This document shows positions 13,248 through 27,100 of a stretch of DNA of 64,000 bases, piece after piece. Both the position numbers and the translations under genes were made by a program. Position 1 is the first letter of the stretch; each line of letters starts with the position of its first letter. The DNA is from Trichinella spiralis (Eukaryota), in NCBI RefSeq assembly GCF_000181795.1, contig NW_003526941.1, forward strand, positions 3,692,282-3,756,281, written 5' to 3'. Under the pieces are notes generated by a model. That model saw only the letters and a list, made by a program, of their open reading frames with translations. It did not search any database and was not told the DNA's origin.

Positions 13248-15348
13248 ATGAACTGGCGTCGTTTTGGGAAAAAATCAACGTCATGTGAAAATAACGACGG
13301 TGATACTGCCCTGCCGGTTCATCTCCAGCAACAGTTGAAGGGTATTTTTGACGAATGCGATACTGATCGTTCTGGGTTTGTTCAAATGGAATCGTTTCGA
13401 CAACGATGCTTTTCTCAACTACAACAACAGACAAACGGTAAATCGACAAGTGGAACAGTTCCGTGGAACCGTTTCATCGACCAACTGATCATTTGCACAC
13501 CCACATCCGGAGTGGTAACTTTGGAACGTTGCTACGCTGCCATGCGGGCAGCCTTGACCGACTTCAAATCAAACATACACGCAAAAGCTGCCAGCAACAG
13601 TGTAGTAGTATCCAACGTTGACAACAGCAGCTGGACAAAAAGCCGTCCGGCTTATTCCATGACCGACCGCCGTCAGTTGCGGTGGTCCTCTTATCATCGC
13701 AGTGGTGAGTCGAATGGAAACGTTCACCAATTTGCTGCTGTTCAAGTTCCAACTTCGAGCGCTCGTCAGCAAAATTCTACCCTGTCAAATGGGAAAATTT
13801 TCACATTGAACGAAATTTCACAAACCGACTGTTCGTCCAACAACCATTATCCCCCTTCGGTAGTAAGCGTCGCCTACAGTAGACCGGTCAGTTCGATTGG
13901 CAACGGTAATGTGGACAGTGATTACGGTTCGATCATGTCTTACGAAGGGGTTCGTTTGCGTGACAGAACAACGCTGTACAATGGGAATGGAAGGCAAATT
14001 GCCGACTACAACAGACGACGCACGGTCATGGTTCCCGACGGTTCACCGCCTTCAAATTCGCTGGTAATACATTGCACAACTGTTTGGAACAAATTCCATT
14101 TTCTCAACTTCCAAATCTGTTGCTGTAAATTCTTCCACTACATTGCATGTCTGCTAGTTATTTATTGGCACTGTTGTTGATCTTGATCTTGATTTAATGA
14201 TGTGTTAGCATGTTTTTGTTTAGAAACAGAATCAACTTATGGAAGAAGAACTGTCTATATTGGAACAAGGTCAGGACAAGGCTAACCGCTTGATCAACTG
14301 GTATCATGAGCGACTGTCAGCGTTGAAAACGAGGAATAAATTAATGGGCCGTTCACTAGTTACCTTAGTGAGTACACACACACACACACACACATAAATG
14401 CATAGGTTAAATATTTTTTGTTTATTTATTGTAGATGGGCAATCAATTATGCAATATATCTATCAGTAACAGAAAAAAAAAACCTTTTAAGAATCTATCA
14501 AACTTGCAAACCGCTCTCATTTTCACCATATTATGCAAAAATGCAACATCATTTTTCAATTATGTATAAAAAAAAGAAAATAATAACACTTACCTTTGAG
14601 AAGATTTTCTTTTTTTCTTTTCTTTTCTTTCACAAGCGTAAAAAGCAATTATACAAATATCACCAGTAAATATAGCGAATAGTTTCCTGGTAGGAAATGC
14701 CATTCAAATTTTTCCTCTTCTATAAAAACACTTCTTTTATCAAATTAAAATAGATAATACAAAAAATAAAATAACATATATGAAATATATGATACTTTTC
14801 AGGAATTGGCAGTTCACGAAGAAAAGTTGAACTTTTTACGATCGCAAGTGTCAGATTTGAATCGACGTATTGTAGGTCTCATGGAATCTTCTGAAAAAGT
14901 ACGCAACATACACAGAGAATGTGCAAATTTTATGTCCGGTCAAATTGTATGAAACTTGCTTTGCTTTGTATTAGGGATTTCCTTCGGCGGCTAATTTAGC
15001 CAACGTTGGTCGCAAGGCGTTGTTGCCAGAGGATGATCAACATCTGTGGTTGAAAAAGCAAAATCAATTACTAACTGAGGTTAGCAATTCCGTTATTATT
15101 ATTATTATTATTACTGTTGTTGTTGTTACTATTTATATGGAAATTTTTGCCTTCAGGAAGTGACAGACAAAACTCGACGTTTAGCAAAGCTTGAACAAGA
15201 AAAAGCGAAACTGATTCAGCTTCTTTTTCAAAAAAACAATAATCACGTCAATCAATGCAATACAGTCAGCAGTACTCCAATGTCGAATGGTTGTTTGCAG
15301 AATTCAAAATTTGTATCGATGGATGCAATTCAAGCAACTCTCATGTAA
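13248..15348 (+). CDS. SAPCD2: Suppressor APC domain-containing protein (SAPCD2-like), 5 exons
   Basis: Exons 13248-14063, 14224-14367, 14803-14898, 14975-15079 and 15157-15348 are all phase 0, GT-AG. N-terminal EF-hand-like LKGIFDECDTDRSGFV, central KQNQLMEEELSILEQG...WYHERL and C-terminal LKKQNQLLTEEVTDKTRRLAKLEQEKAKLIQLLF match the SAPCD family pattern as I recall it. Confidence 0.85.
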
Positions 15349-15987
15349 TGTTCACAGCATATCGCGTATACTATTCTATTCTATTTATTTATTTAATTTG
15401 CTTTTTTGAGCAAATAATTTTACTTCTTTTTAATAATTCTTTTTTGTCTTCCTAAAAAATATCAACATGTAATATTATTTATTAAATAATTGTGAAACAA
15501 AAAAGTGCTACTTATTGGAATACAAGTTCACATGAATAACAACCTTTTCTGCACTTTTTATTCGTTTGAAACCAATCGGTTTGAACTAAAAAAAATGATT
15601 AAATTTCAATTTCAAATATTCAAAAGAAATTTGACAACTTACTTTTTCTTATTTATTACAGAGGCATACTGTAGACTAAAAGAAATGAATAACAAAACTC
15701 GATATGCATACACACAGTCGATATAGAATGTCTAAACAGTGAAATGAAAAAAAAACATGATAATAAAGAACAATTAGAGAATGAAATTTATTTTCATTTT
15801 AATATTTGGTAGTAACTGCAACAAATAAGTATGACGGAGAGATCATGAGCATGAACAATTATTGTCATGGCAAAAGAACAAAAAACATTTACATGTGTTC
15901 ATCAAGAAGAAGATGATGATGAAGAAAACAATAAGTGCAATTTTACTTGAAAATCAAAACTGTCATCTATCTATCTATCTATGCGAG

Positions 15988-18900
15988 TCACAATTTTTTA
16001 GGAACGTTTGTCGACATGTTGCGCGGCTTTAGTCGTTCTGAGATTGCCCAGATCTGTTCCTCATTTGCATAGTCGTCGAAGTTGTTGAAAAACACCAGAA
16101 CATTGTCATTTTTCTTAATATTATATTGCCTGGAAAAAAGTATTTTATTTTTCAAACAAAAGTATGAAAGTTTTGTTCAAAGATACCAAGATTTAAAGCG
16201 TCGCACGTTGTCCAAGATCATGAACTGCTGCCAACGTTTCGCAAAGTTGACAACATTCGCAACGCCTACCTCTTCCACTGGTAAATAGTCCGCATTTCCC
16301 ACTTGGACAAAAGTGAGATCTTGCAATATGAGTCCACTAGAAAGGAGGAGAAAATTCAAGAAAAAAGCAAAGAAACCGTACGTCAAAAATTTGCATACAG
16401 ATAAGGTAGGCAGGGTGGTTTGGTTTCGGCCAGAGCTGTACGGTAGACTTTGAACGATTGCGAACTGTCGATGAGGGAACTGTACTGATTGAGCTGATCA
16501 ACAGCGGACCGAGGCCAATCAAGTCGCCTCAAAGCACCAGAATCGAGCGCCGACAGCAAAGCCAAACATGAATTCAAATTGCCCAAACGACGAAGATGAC
16601 GCATGATTTTCAAAAATTTCACAAAACAATGCTCTCGTTGACGTTGATCAGCCAAAAGTAGAATCCGACTACGAACCCAGTAGGACATTTTATTAAAATG
16701 GCTCGTAAATTCCGTCAAACGTGGACACTTCTCTTCTGCCTGATCTATGGACCATTGCAAAATTTCGCTCAACTAAAATTATTCAACAATTTCAACTAAG
16801 TATTTACAAAAAGAAACTAACATATATTAGATTAGATTAGATTAGATTAGATTAGATTCTAGCTGTGTAGCTACATCTTATATATATATCTTCATAATCA
16901 ATTATTGCAATTAATTTTTTCAAATATGCCAAAAAGTAAACTTGCATCTATTTTTTGAAAGTAGAACCAATCCAAGTAAGTGATTTGCTCAGCAAGTAGG
17001 GATGCTTTGAAGTCGAATATTGAATGGGATTTTGTTGCTTGATCAGGATCACGACAAAACAACGGTCGGCAAGAGTTGGGCTGTTGAGCAAGCAATTTTT
17101 CGTCATATTTTTCGACAAATTTTTGACGAAGGAGACGAGCCAACAACAGTTCACCGTCGACAATCAATCGGTGAATAAATTGCACGAGAAATTTCAACAA
17201 TTCTGATGTTGCTTCAACATGACTAGAATAATTCAAATCCATATATAATAATTCATTAATTAAAAATAATTTTTCAAATTTACCTGAGCTCATCAACGAC
17301 ACGTACTATTAATGAAAAGCAGCTTTTGGCTGATTTGCTTTGTTCATCACTTGCTCGTTGGGTAGATAAATGATTATACCTTTCGACGAGTTTTTTGAGC
17401 AAATCAAAAGGAAGAACATAAGAGCGGTAAGTAGTCAAAAATGCTTCTCTGTATAAAAAACCTTTAACATAAAATTTCTCATTAATATCATCATTTTTTA
17501 CAAGATAAGGATAAAATGAATACCATTCTGACTGTGGCATGCTGATGCCGCATGAGCCACAAGTACATCGACTAGTCCTCCACGAATGTTGCAGTCATCA
17601 TCTCCATCTTTCATAAATAAATGATCACGTACGTCCAATTCATACAAATATTTGACATCGGCTATTGCTTTGCGATTTGCATTTCTAAAAATACATTCAA
17701 AATTTTAATTTAATTCTTGAATTGAAATCACTAAATCAATTTTATTTCAATTTCATTTGTTCAAATAAATTTGCATAAAGTAAAATCTACACGCAAATGT
17801 GAAATGTCGCACTTACTCAATCTGCAATTGTTTAGGTTGCTTTTTAGCGAACAGGAAAGCACACAAATTTTTATAATCGACATTTTGATCATTTTCAAAA
17901 ATGTCCAACCAATTTTCATAACTTGAATTTGCTTGATCAAAATGAGCAAAGTGATCTTCGTTGGCACTGGTGGTCAAGCCGAATTCTATTGTTGCCTGTT
18001 TACTTTTGCTGACGTTCACGTGCCATCGATCGCGCATACGCTCATAGCTGACCAACGCTGAACTGCGAAAATCAGCAGCACTGCTAGGTTGACTATTTCC
18101 AAATATTTGCATATAAGATGATACCGCTATAAAAAAAAATAATAAAAGACATTTTCACGAATCAACACAAAGCTCAATAGTTGAAATATATAATATTTTA
18201 ATATAAAATTATTGCTTATTTGTTGTTTGTAGCTTACCGCTTCGCTTGCGTTGGTTACATCCGTCGTTTGGTGTTGTTGACGATTTGTTTGCATTTCTGA
18301 AGCTGACCTCGGAAAAGCTAGAACCTTTCCCACTGACTGAAAGTGAAGTATTTTCCGTTGCAAAAGCTTTTCCCGAACTGTTTTGCAACTGATCGTTACA
18401 GTAAGTTTCATTTAAACTTGACGCTTGCAACTGCGTACTGTAACGCTCGGCGCTAAGTTCTTCCGTCACATTGCCGTTGATTAGAGTTTTTTGAAAAATA
18501 GCTTTCTTGCTCGTGTTCATTTTAAAAGATTGAACACTACGATGCTTGACCGTATCACCAATTAGCTGACAATGTGTTTCTGATTGTTCATCTTGCAACA
18601 GTGCATCCAGATCAACTGGAAATGAAGCCAATTTGGCTCTTGGCTCAAAATGTTGTTGGTCTCCATCTAAATTACATATTATAAACCAAACCATATTAAA
18701 GTAAATTATATATATATATATATATATATAGAGGCTGCATTGTTGTTGAACAATGCACTCATGCTGGACAATTTGATGTGTAATAATTACATTTGCATAC
18801 CTTCAGTGCGTACTATCTGCGATTCTGTTAATCGAACGTTCCTCGTACTATCCAAGGCTGGATTTGAGATGAAATTTTCCAAAATACTTGACGATGCGTT

Positions 18901-20135
18901 AAAAGTTTCCGAATTCAAAGGCAGCACCGTTTCACAATGCTTGACAATAGTGGATTTCCAAACTTTCTTTTTTCGAATTTTTGTCGTTTTTACAATTGTA
19001 TCACCAACTCGTGTCTCTGTGACAACCTCATCGCCGTCACATTCATCGTCACATCTTGTTTCTTTCTGAACTACAAGAGGCTCACAAGCTGAAGGACAAG
19101 GCAAAAGTGATGCATTCAGTGATTGCAAATTGCGTATGATGGCGTCGAAACTGTCGGCGTCGTCATTTTCGGCCCCACTTTGATTACAGTAAACACTCTG
19201 CGATAAATCTGACGTCTCCGGCAATGAAGTATCACTTCCACTGGAAGAATAGAACAATACATTTTTTCAACAATTACAATAATCACAAAACACACATTTT
19301 ACACTCATAATTTACACATTTAAGTCACAGCAAAAAAAAACAAATTATTTATTTATTAACTACACTGCTTGTTATTGATGCTTAGGTTCGAAAAAATATT
19401 CTCCACTGTTTGTAGTACCTGATTATCTGTTTTTTAAATATTCATTTGATTTTGTCTGCTATTGGTATAATGTTGAATAAGTCATCAATTTCAATTGCAT
19501 TACTTACTTGCAAAAGCTGAAAATTCCTGAGTCACCGCTAGCTGGCTTCAAACGTACCGTTGGATTGGTCGGATGAAGGTGTCTCGGCTGGCGAGTTTGA
19601 CGTGCAGCTGACGCATTGACCAACGCTGAACTGTACGGCGGCTTTGGTGGAGGAGGATTGATAAGCTCTTGTCGACGTGCTTGTCTGTTCTTTCTTGGTG
19701 GAGGTACTAAATCCTTCGCTTCACCGTTTAACAGAAGATCCTCTTGCACAATTTGGTTCATCGCTGAAGACACGTCTGTACTCAAATCCAAACTGTCAGT
19801 AAGCGAAGAATCACAGCTATTCCTGTCTTCTGTGTGAAGCATAGGTTCTTGTTTCAGTGCTGCACCGCAGTCAGCACAATCAACACCAGAACGCAAACGG
19901 CTCGGCTGATGCAACAGCTCAAAATCAAATGCATTATATTTATTTCAGAACAATTAATTTCATTATAGCAAATATTCCATTGTATTCATAATAATATATT
20001 ATAATATTATTTTTATCTCGTAAATTTGAAAATTTTAGTTTACACTTAAAATTGGGAAAAAATTAAATTGCATTTTTTCATCATAGAAAGATATTATTCT
20101 TGATATATTGGTTTGATCTAAAGCAAACAGAAATG

Positions 20136-20167
<32 letters not shown>

Positions 20168-23160
20168 ATCGTTCTTCAAATCAAAACAATTCAACTGCAT
20201 CAAATAGTATGTCAATATTTTGTGCTGATGTGCTGTTGCTATTTTTGATGCATAATCAATCGTTTACCTATATTTTATTCATCTTATTGATATTATTCTG
20301 ATTGTGATAAAATCGCATAAAATTCTCACATAAAATCCTACAGACGATAACATCTGAAACAAATTGAGTGTCACTATTGAAATAAACAAAGAATATATGC
20401 ATTAAAAAATGCACAACTCTTTACAAATCCACATGGAGAAACACGCAAAACATCTATAAATTAAAATACGTTGATGGTGAAAGAAATGAGCAATAAAAAA
20501 CTGCCATCGTTTAAAAGAATGAATATTAACTTTTAGAAATGTTCATTTAACATGTTCATTGTATGTACGTCATTGTTTAAAAAGAAGCTTATTTTTTGTC
20601 CATGCAAAGATGAATGTAAAATTGCCTTTGTGCAACAGTTGTCACATTCCAGTCGAGCATGAGCATTTTTTCACTACTCCCACGAGCAAGCAGTCGGCTT
20701 TTAACAACTCATTTGAGAAGCATGTTCAACACCAGACAGCGAACTATCAATTCCGATTTGACAGCAAAGTCAGAAGATAGAATAAAAAAAAGTCTCATTC
20801 CTTTTATTGTTGTTATATACTGAAAATCTGTCAGAGGAAAATTTGAATAAAAATCTATCTCAATCCGATGATCACAAAAAATTTCAAACTCAGTTCTCAA
20901 AGTTCTGAAAATCTTTTCATTCAAAACTGTACGCTTACCTCGACAGTATCCATGAGATGTTCAGTCAAACCGACTACGGTCGTGTGGTCGTTGTCGTTGA
21001 TTTCATTTGCGATCAAAATTCGGTCGATTTGTTGAAACAATTCGCCCAATTGATGATAAATCTTCTCATAAAGCATTTGCACATCAGTTGCACAGATTCT
21101 GAAAGTGAATTTATTTTATTCAAATGGAATATGGAAAAACACTTGTACTTTTCCATGCAAACCTTGGTTCGACCATCAACTTCAGCATAACATCCAAAAC
21201 AGCCGAAGTGCTGCCAGCAAGGAGTGAAAGATTTCGCTTCAACACTGCATCTTGTAAAAATCGAAGGCATATCTTCAAATCTCTTTCCAAAGAATTCAAT
21301 GTAACCTGCAAAATGAAATTTCGTCAAACTAATCCAATCGAATAATATTAATAATGCATTCATATTAATAAATCTCGAAATAAAAAGCTAAACACATTAC
21401 CACTACCAAAACAGTAAACAGTACAACATGACAATCATTTTCACTGATTTAAAAACTTTTATTAAAAGTTGAACTTATAATTTGCCAAAGCAAAAAAAAG
21501 AGAGTACAATCACAAAATTGTCCATTTATAAATAGTCAATTTAATAAGTGTAATTTTTCAAAATTTTTCATAAAATTAGCATCAATTCGTTCAGTTCATA
21601 TGAATAAACTTTTGAAAATCGAGTATACGGTATATGAAATTTTTTTTTCAAATTAGATACTTTCTATTATTTGAATAAAGTTCAAAATTGAAATTAACAG
21701 TCATTCGCAATTTATTTTTCCATTACAATTAACTAACTGATTGTCATATTGCAATTTAACGTAAAATGTTCACATGGCAACATGCATTATCAGTAATTGG
21801 ATCAAACAACTAATTGCATTCAAATCAAATTGTTCATTTCTTCAAACAGACATATAGAAATATTCTCACTTTTACAAAGTGCACTCATTTATATATGTGG
21901 TATTTTAAAATGAAACGGACATTTTACACAATTCACCCAATAGTTCAGCAAACCACTAAATGACGCTTCAATTTATTTCTTACACCAAACCAGTAGAGTA
22001 GACGTTAACTACCATACATTGGAAATGGTTATGGTCCATTGGCTTAGAAAAGAGAAAAGAAAAGAATAAAATTGTATGAAATTTAACAATTCGACCAATA
22101 TGGACCACAATCAATTTTCATTAAATTAAAAAAGATACAAGCATATTTGCATGCCTACAGTTAGATAGATAGATCGAAACTTATCAACATTATTATATAC
22201 TTCAGTTCAAAGAATCTCACATCGCTTGATGAGTCTCTTATTATTCAGGAAAAAAAAGGAGAAGAAGAGAAGTTATTTAAATTAAAGAAAAAATCCCCAT
22301 TTCACTTCATCGAGAAAAATTAATTTTAAAAGTATTATAAAAAACGTTTCTTTTTCCATTTCCAATTTGATTTGTTTCATTTTCATCAACAAAACAACTA
22401 AACGCTTATGTTCGCTTAAACGCAGAATATACATATAATTTTGAACCTTCAGAGATTTGAATGTCAAATCTCAGCCAGCAAAAATGTTCCAGTTTTGATT
22501 AAAAGAAAGCATTTCTTTTTAATCTTTTAGTCTAATCCTGTAATGCAATAAGAACATGCCATATTTAAAAATTGTGTATTATAATTGATGCATCCTTTGA
22601 ATCGAATAAATAAATATAAGTATTCCATATATACATGACAACTGATAGTCAAATAAACAGAAAGTTCTCATTAGCAAATGTTTGATACGTTGCTTCATTT
22701 GGTGTTAGTAAATCAAAGAGATGACAGCTAAGCTAGAAATACATGTATATATATATATATATATATAATGCCTCGTGAAATTGAAACTAAACGTTTTGTT
22801 TTGTACTAAATAATTTTTGTTGTTGTTGTTGATGATGAACAAGCAAGCTCCAATTAAACAGCCAATAGAAAAGCAGCCTACCTGATTAGCTTGCTTTTGA
22901 CCAGTTTGAAAGGGACGCTGAACAGTTGCTGTAGCAGAACCGCTGTGAGATCGTTGTCGCTGCATCATTAGCGCCGCGGCCATCTGCTTGACCGTCTCAC
23001 CGCCAATTTTGATTCGATTTCGAAGGGATTTTTCCGAATGGGCATGCCGTAGACCAGAATTTGCCATATTGGCCGGCCGGTTAGCCTCTGTTGAATTCAA
23101 ACGCATAGCACGCTTTACAGTCTGCATGAAACTAGTTCCAGCTGTACCGCCGCTAACCAT
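15988..23160 (-). CDS. RAPGEF1: Rap guanine nucleotide exchange factor 1 (C3G): N-terminal helical region, Pro-rich motifs, REM and CDC25/RasGEF domains
   Basis: FLYREAFLTTYRSY, LIVRVVDEL, DGELLLARLLR, HFNKMSYWVRS, LSALDSGALRRLDW, PPCLPYL|GLILQDLTFV and VNFAKRWQQF are characteristic of C3G. PPPRK and PPPPKPP are candidate SH3 ligands. First exon 22882-23160; some middle exon boundaries are uncertain. Confidence 0.92.
16826..16855. repeat. (ATTAG)6 microsatellite inside a RAPGEF1 intron
   Basis: Read directly. Confidence 0.9.
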
Positions 23161-24025
23161 GCTGCACGCTGATCACACAGAACACAAAGTGCACCCTAAA
23201 AACAGCACCCAGTGGTCAAGTACAGTATGTTTATGAGTGAGCAGGTTCTACGCCACGCCCAATGCTCCGGCGAGCGCTGAGCATTAGCAGTTAGCTATTT
23301 TTTAAACCATAACCTGACTGCGACACGGATACCATTAACATTGCCTGAGTTTCTTAGCACGGATTCAGTTTAACCTTAACACGGTCACTGTCACTGATTA
23401 CAACTAATCGATTGCCAATGACAGCAGCAACAACTACAACAACAACAAGCAAACAAACAAACAAACAAACAAATGCGTAGGCAGAACTGGAGTGCGTCAT
23501 GTTCGATGGAATGCAACGACGATGACGTGTGATTATGTCCTGCTTTTTGACACTTGACAATGCCAACGCATTTGAAATAATGAAATGGAAAAAAAAGAAA
23601 GTCCAGACCAATGAGTGAGCGCTGATGAATAATAATACAGCACAACCATGGGGGAAAAGGTTCATTTGCCGAATGCGCCATTGAATAGCCAAAGAAGCTT
23701 TTTTCAAAAAATCCCCTCTGCAAAACTGACCACCAGTCTGCTCAGCATTGACTGGGCAGTTGCTGTTCTTTCTTGACCGCTGGTCAACAGATGTCAATGC
23801 ACAGCTGCGTGGGCTGAAGGTCAGCCAACTTGAAAAAGCCGAACACAAACACCAATCCATCCATTGCTGGATATGTTCTTCTTTTTCTGTTTTTTTCCTT
23901 CACTTAACCGCATTTCTCATCTTCCTCTCACTTGGTGTCAATGCAAACAACAAGATCAATAGCTTCCATGCAAACAGGGTTCATCGGAAACGCTGGTCTC
24001 AATATTTCACTACTAACTAACTTAG

Positions 24026-24030
<5 letters not shown>

Positions 24031-24102
<72 letters not shown>
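24031..24102. repeat. (CA)36 microsatellite
   Basis: Uninterrupted CA run upstream of RAPGEF1. Confidence 0.97.
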
Positions 24103-24106
<4 letters not shown>

Positions 24107-27100
24107 TCCACTCACTCACTCTCTCTTCACTTGATTTCACTGAATGAGATGAAGAAGACGAGAAAAAGTACATATCCCATTACACTCACAGCTGCACATC
24201 CCGTTTGCAATCAAGCACTTGGCAAAAACAACACTTGTCACTGTTTCAAAATGCAAAATTTATTATATAAAAATGTATAATTTTTATCAGTTTTTCTTCA
24301 AAAAACGTTATTAAATGTTTAAACGATGAGTATTATTATTATTATTATTATTTGAAATACTTTCATTAGAAAATTTAAAATAAGCAACTTTCAAACAAAA
24401 GATACAAAACAACAACACCAAGCATTAGCTGCATATAATATATCAAATTTACAGCTAATCAAAAACTGTCCATTTAAGAGAAATCTTTTCAAAATCAAAA
24501 AAAAATTATATCCATTTGTCAATGTTGTTTTTCAAAATATGGTATAAAATTTTCTATTCCAAATTTCGACAACTATTAATTAGAAATATAATTGATTTTT
24601 GATAGATTTGACAACAAATTGTCATGCATCAAATTATCTAAAAAAATAAACTCTTCTACAATGAAGATCAATTTATTCAATTTTTTAATTTAATATCAAT
24701 ATTTATTTCCGGGTAAATATTTGTTTGTTTCTTCTTCTTTTTTTGATAAATATTTACCAAGTTATAAAGGAAATTAAAATCCATTCATTCAAAGTATACA
24801 TATAAGCAATACATAAAAAACTGTTTATAATATTTCAGTTTTATTAGTGAAATAATACTTTGCAAGTTTTAGGAATAAATTTTGTACGACTTGAAGTCCA
24901 TATATGTGTGTATATGATTAATAATTATCAAATGATTTCATAACTTGAAAGAAAAGCAATCCTGACTGTCATTTTTCTCTGTATAACACATAATACAACG
25001 TAATAAAACGGTAAATTTTTCAAAACAGAAATTATATTGTGAATTTTTTTTCAATTTTTAATAATAAAGTGCAGAAAATTCCCCTGATAAAAAAGCTGCT
25101 GCGAATCAATTGACAAAATTGAAAGTTCATTGACAAATTGCCCCTTTGGAAAGAAACTATCTTCAACTCTAAACAGTTCATTTTTTGTGGTATTTGAAAA
25201 TCAAAAAAAGAAAAAAAGCAATTTACCTTTTCATGAAATGAAAATGAAGCTGAAATAATTTTTTTTGTAAAATTTGTGAATACAATTCCAGCCATGGAGC
25301 AGTTGGCAAATGCAGACATCAATCATGCAAAAAGTATGCAAAATTGTTTTGCAAAACTTTAAATTATTAATTTTTGAAAACTGAAAATTGTTTCACCAGT
25401 ATAAAGTAAGAAAAAAAATATTGAATAGCTTGAAATTGAAATTTTGTACGCTTAAAGAAGAAGATCAATTTATCAGTTATATACTACGCAAATAATTTCC
25501 TTTATCACGGTGAATCGACGACGCATTCTTGTCATTCTGGCCACGATTTTAATTGAAAATTTTCCGCCCCCTGCACAAGTGCAATTGCCGAGTAGAAGCA
25601 AAATTATTAAACATTTCCAATTCTTAAAAATCCAACCAAAAAATACCCAATCGTGCTTCTTTAATATACGGCAAAATAATGATATCAAAAAAATTTTTTT
25701 TCTCTTCGTACTTATCTGATAAAATTGATGCGCTAATAATAATAATAATAATAATAATAGATTCAGAAAGTTGAAGAGTCTGTCAACAGAATCTTCAACA
25801 GTTTCTGTCTACATGCCAAGTGGAAAGTTAATTGTTATCATTCAAATGAACAAACAGATTTTTCTTACACGTGCTTCTTCTTTCTCATTCTCAAGTAATA
25901 ATGCGCAAATTATATACATTGTTCATCAATTTCACATTTACATCCATCTGTAAGTAGAAATAAATACATTTGGATTTTTCAGTCATATATGAACTAGTTT
26001 CTGATAGAATGTGTTCAACAAATGCATCAGTGAATAGATAGATGATTATAATTGAAGCGGAATGTGAAATTGACAATTCAAGCTTCCAGTCACGTCATCC
26101 AGCTAATACCATCTCACCAGTATAAGTTGCACCTATCATATTGAAGAAGACAACAAACTTGCTTGAATGAATTGCAGATTTCCAGATGAAAAGCAATACC
26201 AGCAAAAGTCCAGAAAAGAAAATCTTTCTTATACGTATGAATAAATGGATGTATAGAAGATTCTGCAAAAGTACAACGTTGCTCTTTGAAATGCTAAATG
26301 TGTCAACAGGAAAAAGAAAATTGAACAGGAAATGAAAAATTGCATATTCTTCCAGAACTGTCAATTTTGCTTTCAGTAGCTAATAAAGTCGGCTTTAATG
26401 CTCGGACAAGCCAAATAGCAACTGAGGCTAAAAGGAATTGAAGGCCTGCTAAAAATATCAAAAGTTGAGCAGAATTTGTTTGATGGGCCTGCCTGGGCAG
26501 AAGAAAACAAACTGATCATCACACACACACACACACACACCAAGTATGCGTGTATGTCAAGTGCTGCATGCTGTTGCTGGAGGTGATTTGCTAGTTTGCA
26601 CGATTCAATTCGGCCAACCTGTGAAAAAGCATTATTCCGAATGCTACAAATGTTGATTACAATTCGTTCACTCGGTCAAGCACATCTATTATTGAGCTTT
26701 TCCAATTGAACTAATTTTCGCATCAAAATTATTAATCTTTATTAAATAAGACGAGCAATTTCATATCTTACTCCCTCCCTCTCTCCTCTTTATCTTTTAA
26801 TTTTCACGAACTTATGAAAATGATAAAAGTGCTGTTTAATTTCTTAAAGTTATCTTGTTGAAAAATAAAATTTTCAAATAAAACTTTCAAGCATGCAATT
26901 TCAGATCTGGCTAGACAATTTTAACTAAATCTCATGCTAAAGCGTAAGCACTGTGATTAAAACGATGAACATAACAACAATAGTTATTTATTATTTAAAT
27001 AAGTAAAATCTTCCCAAAGAAGAAAATAAAAGAAATAAAATTTCAAGTAGTGAAAAATACACAATTATTTGCATTACTTGTGAAAGCAATAAGAAAGATT

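Noticed and set aside
16826..16855. Interstitial telomeric repeat
   Set aside because: The unit is ATTAG, not TTAGGC or TTAGGG; an ordinary microsatellite.
23928..24173. ORFs with VCVCVC or HTHTHT runs
   Set aside because: Translations of the (CA)36 microsatellite.
25771..26460. Short ORFs upstream of RAPGEF1
   Set aside because: No consistent splice model or recognisable protein motif.
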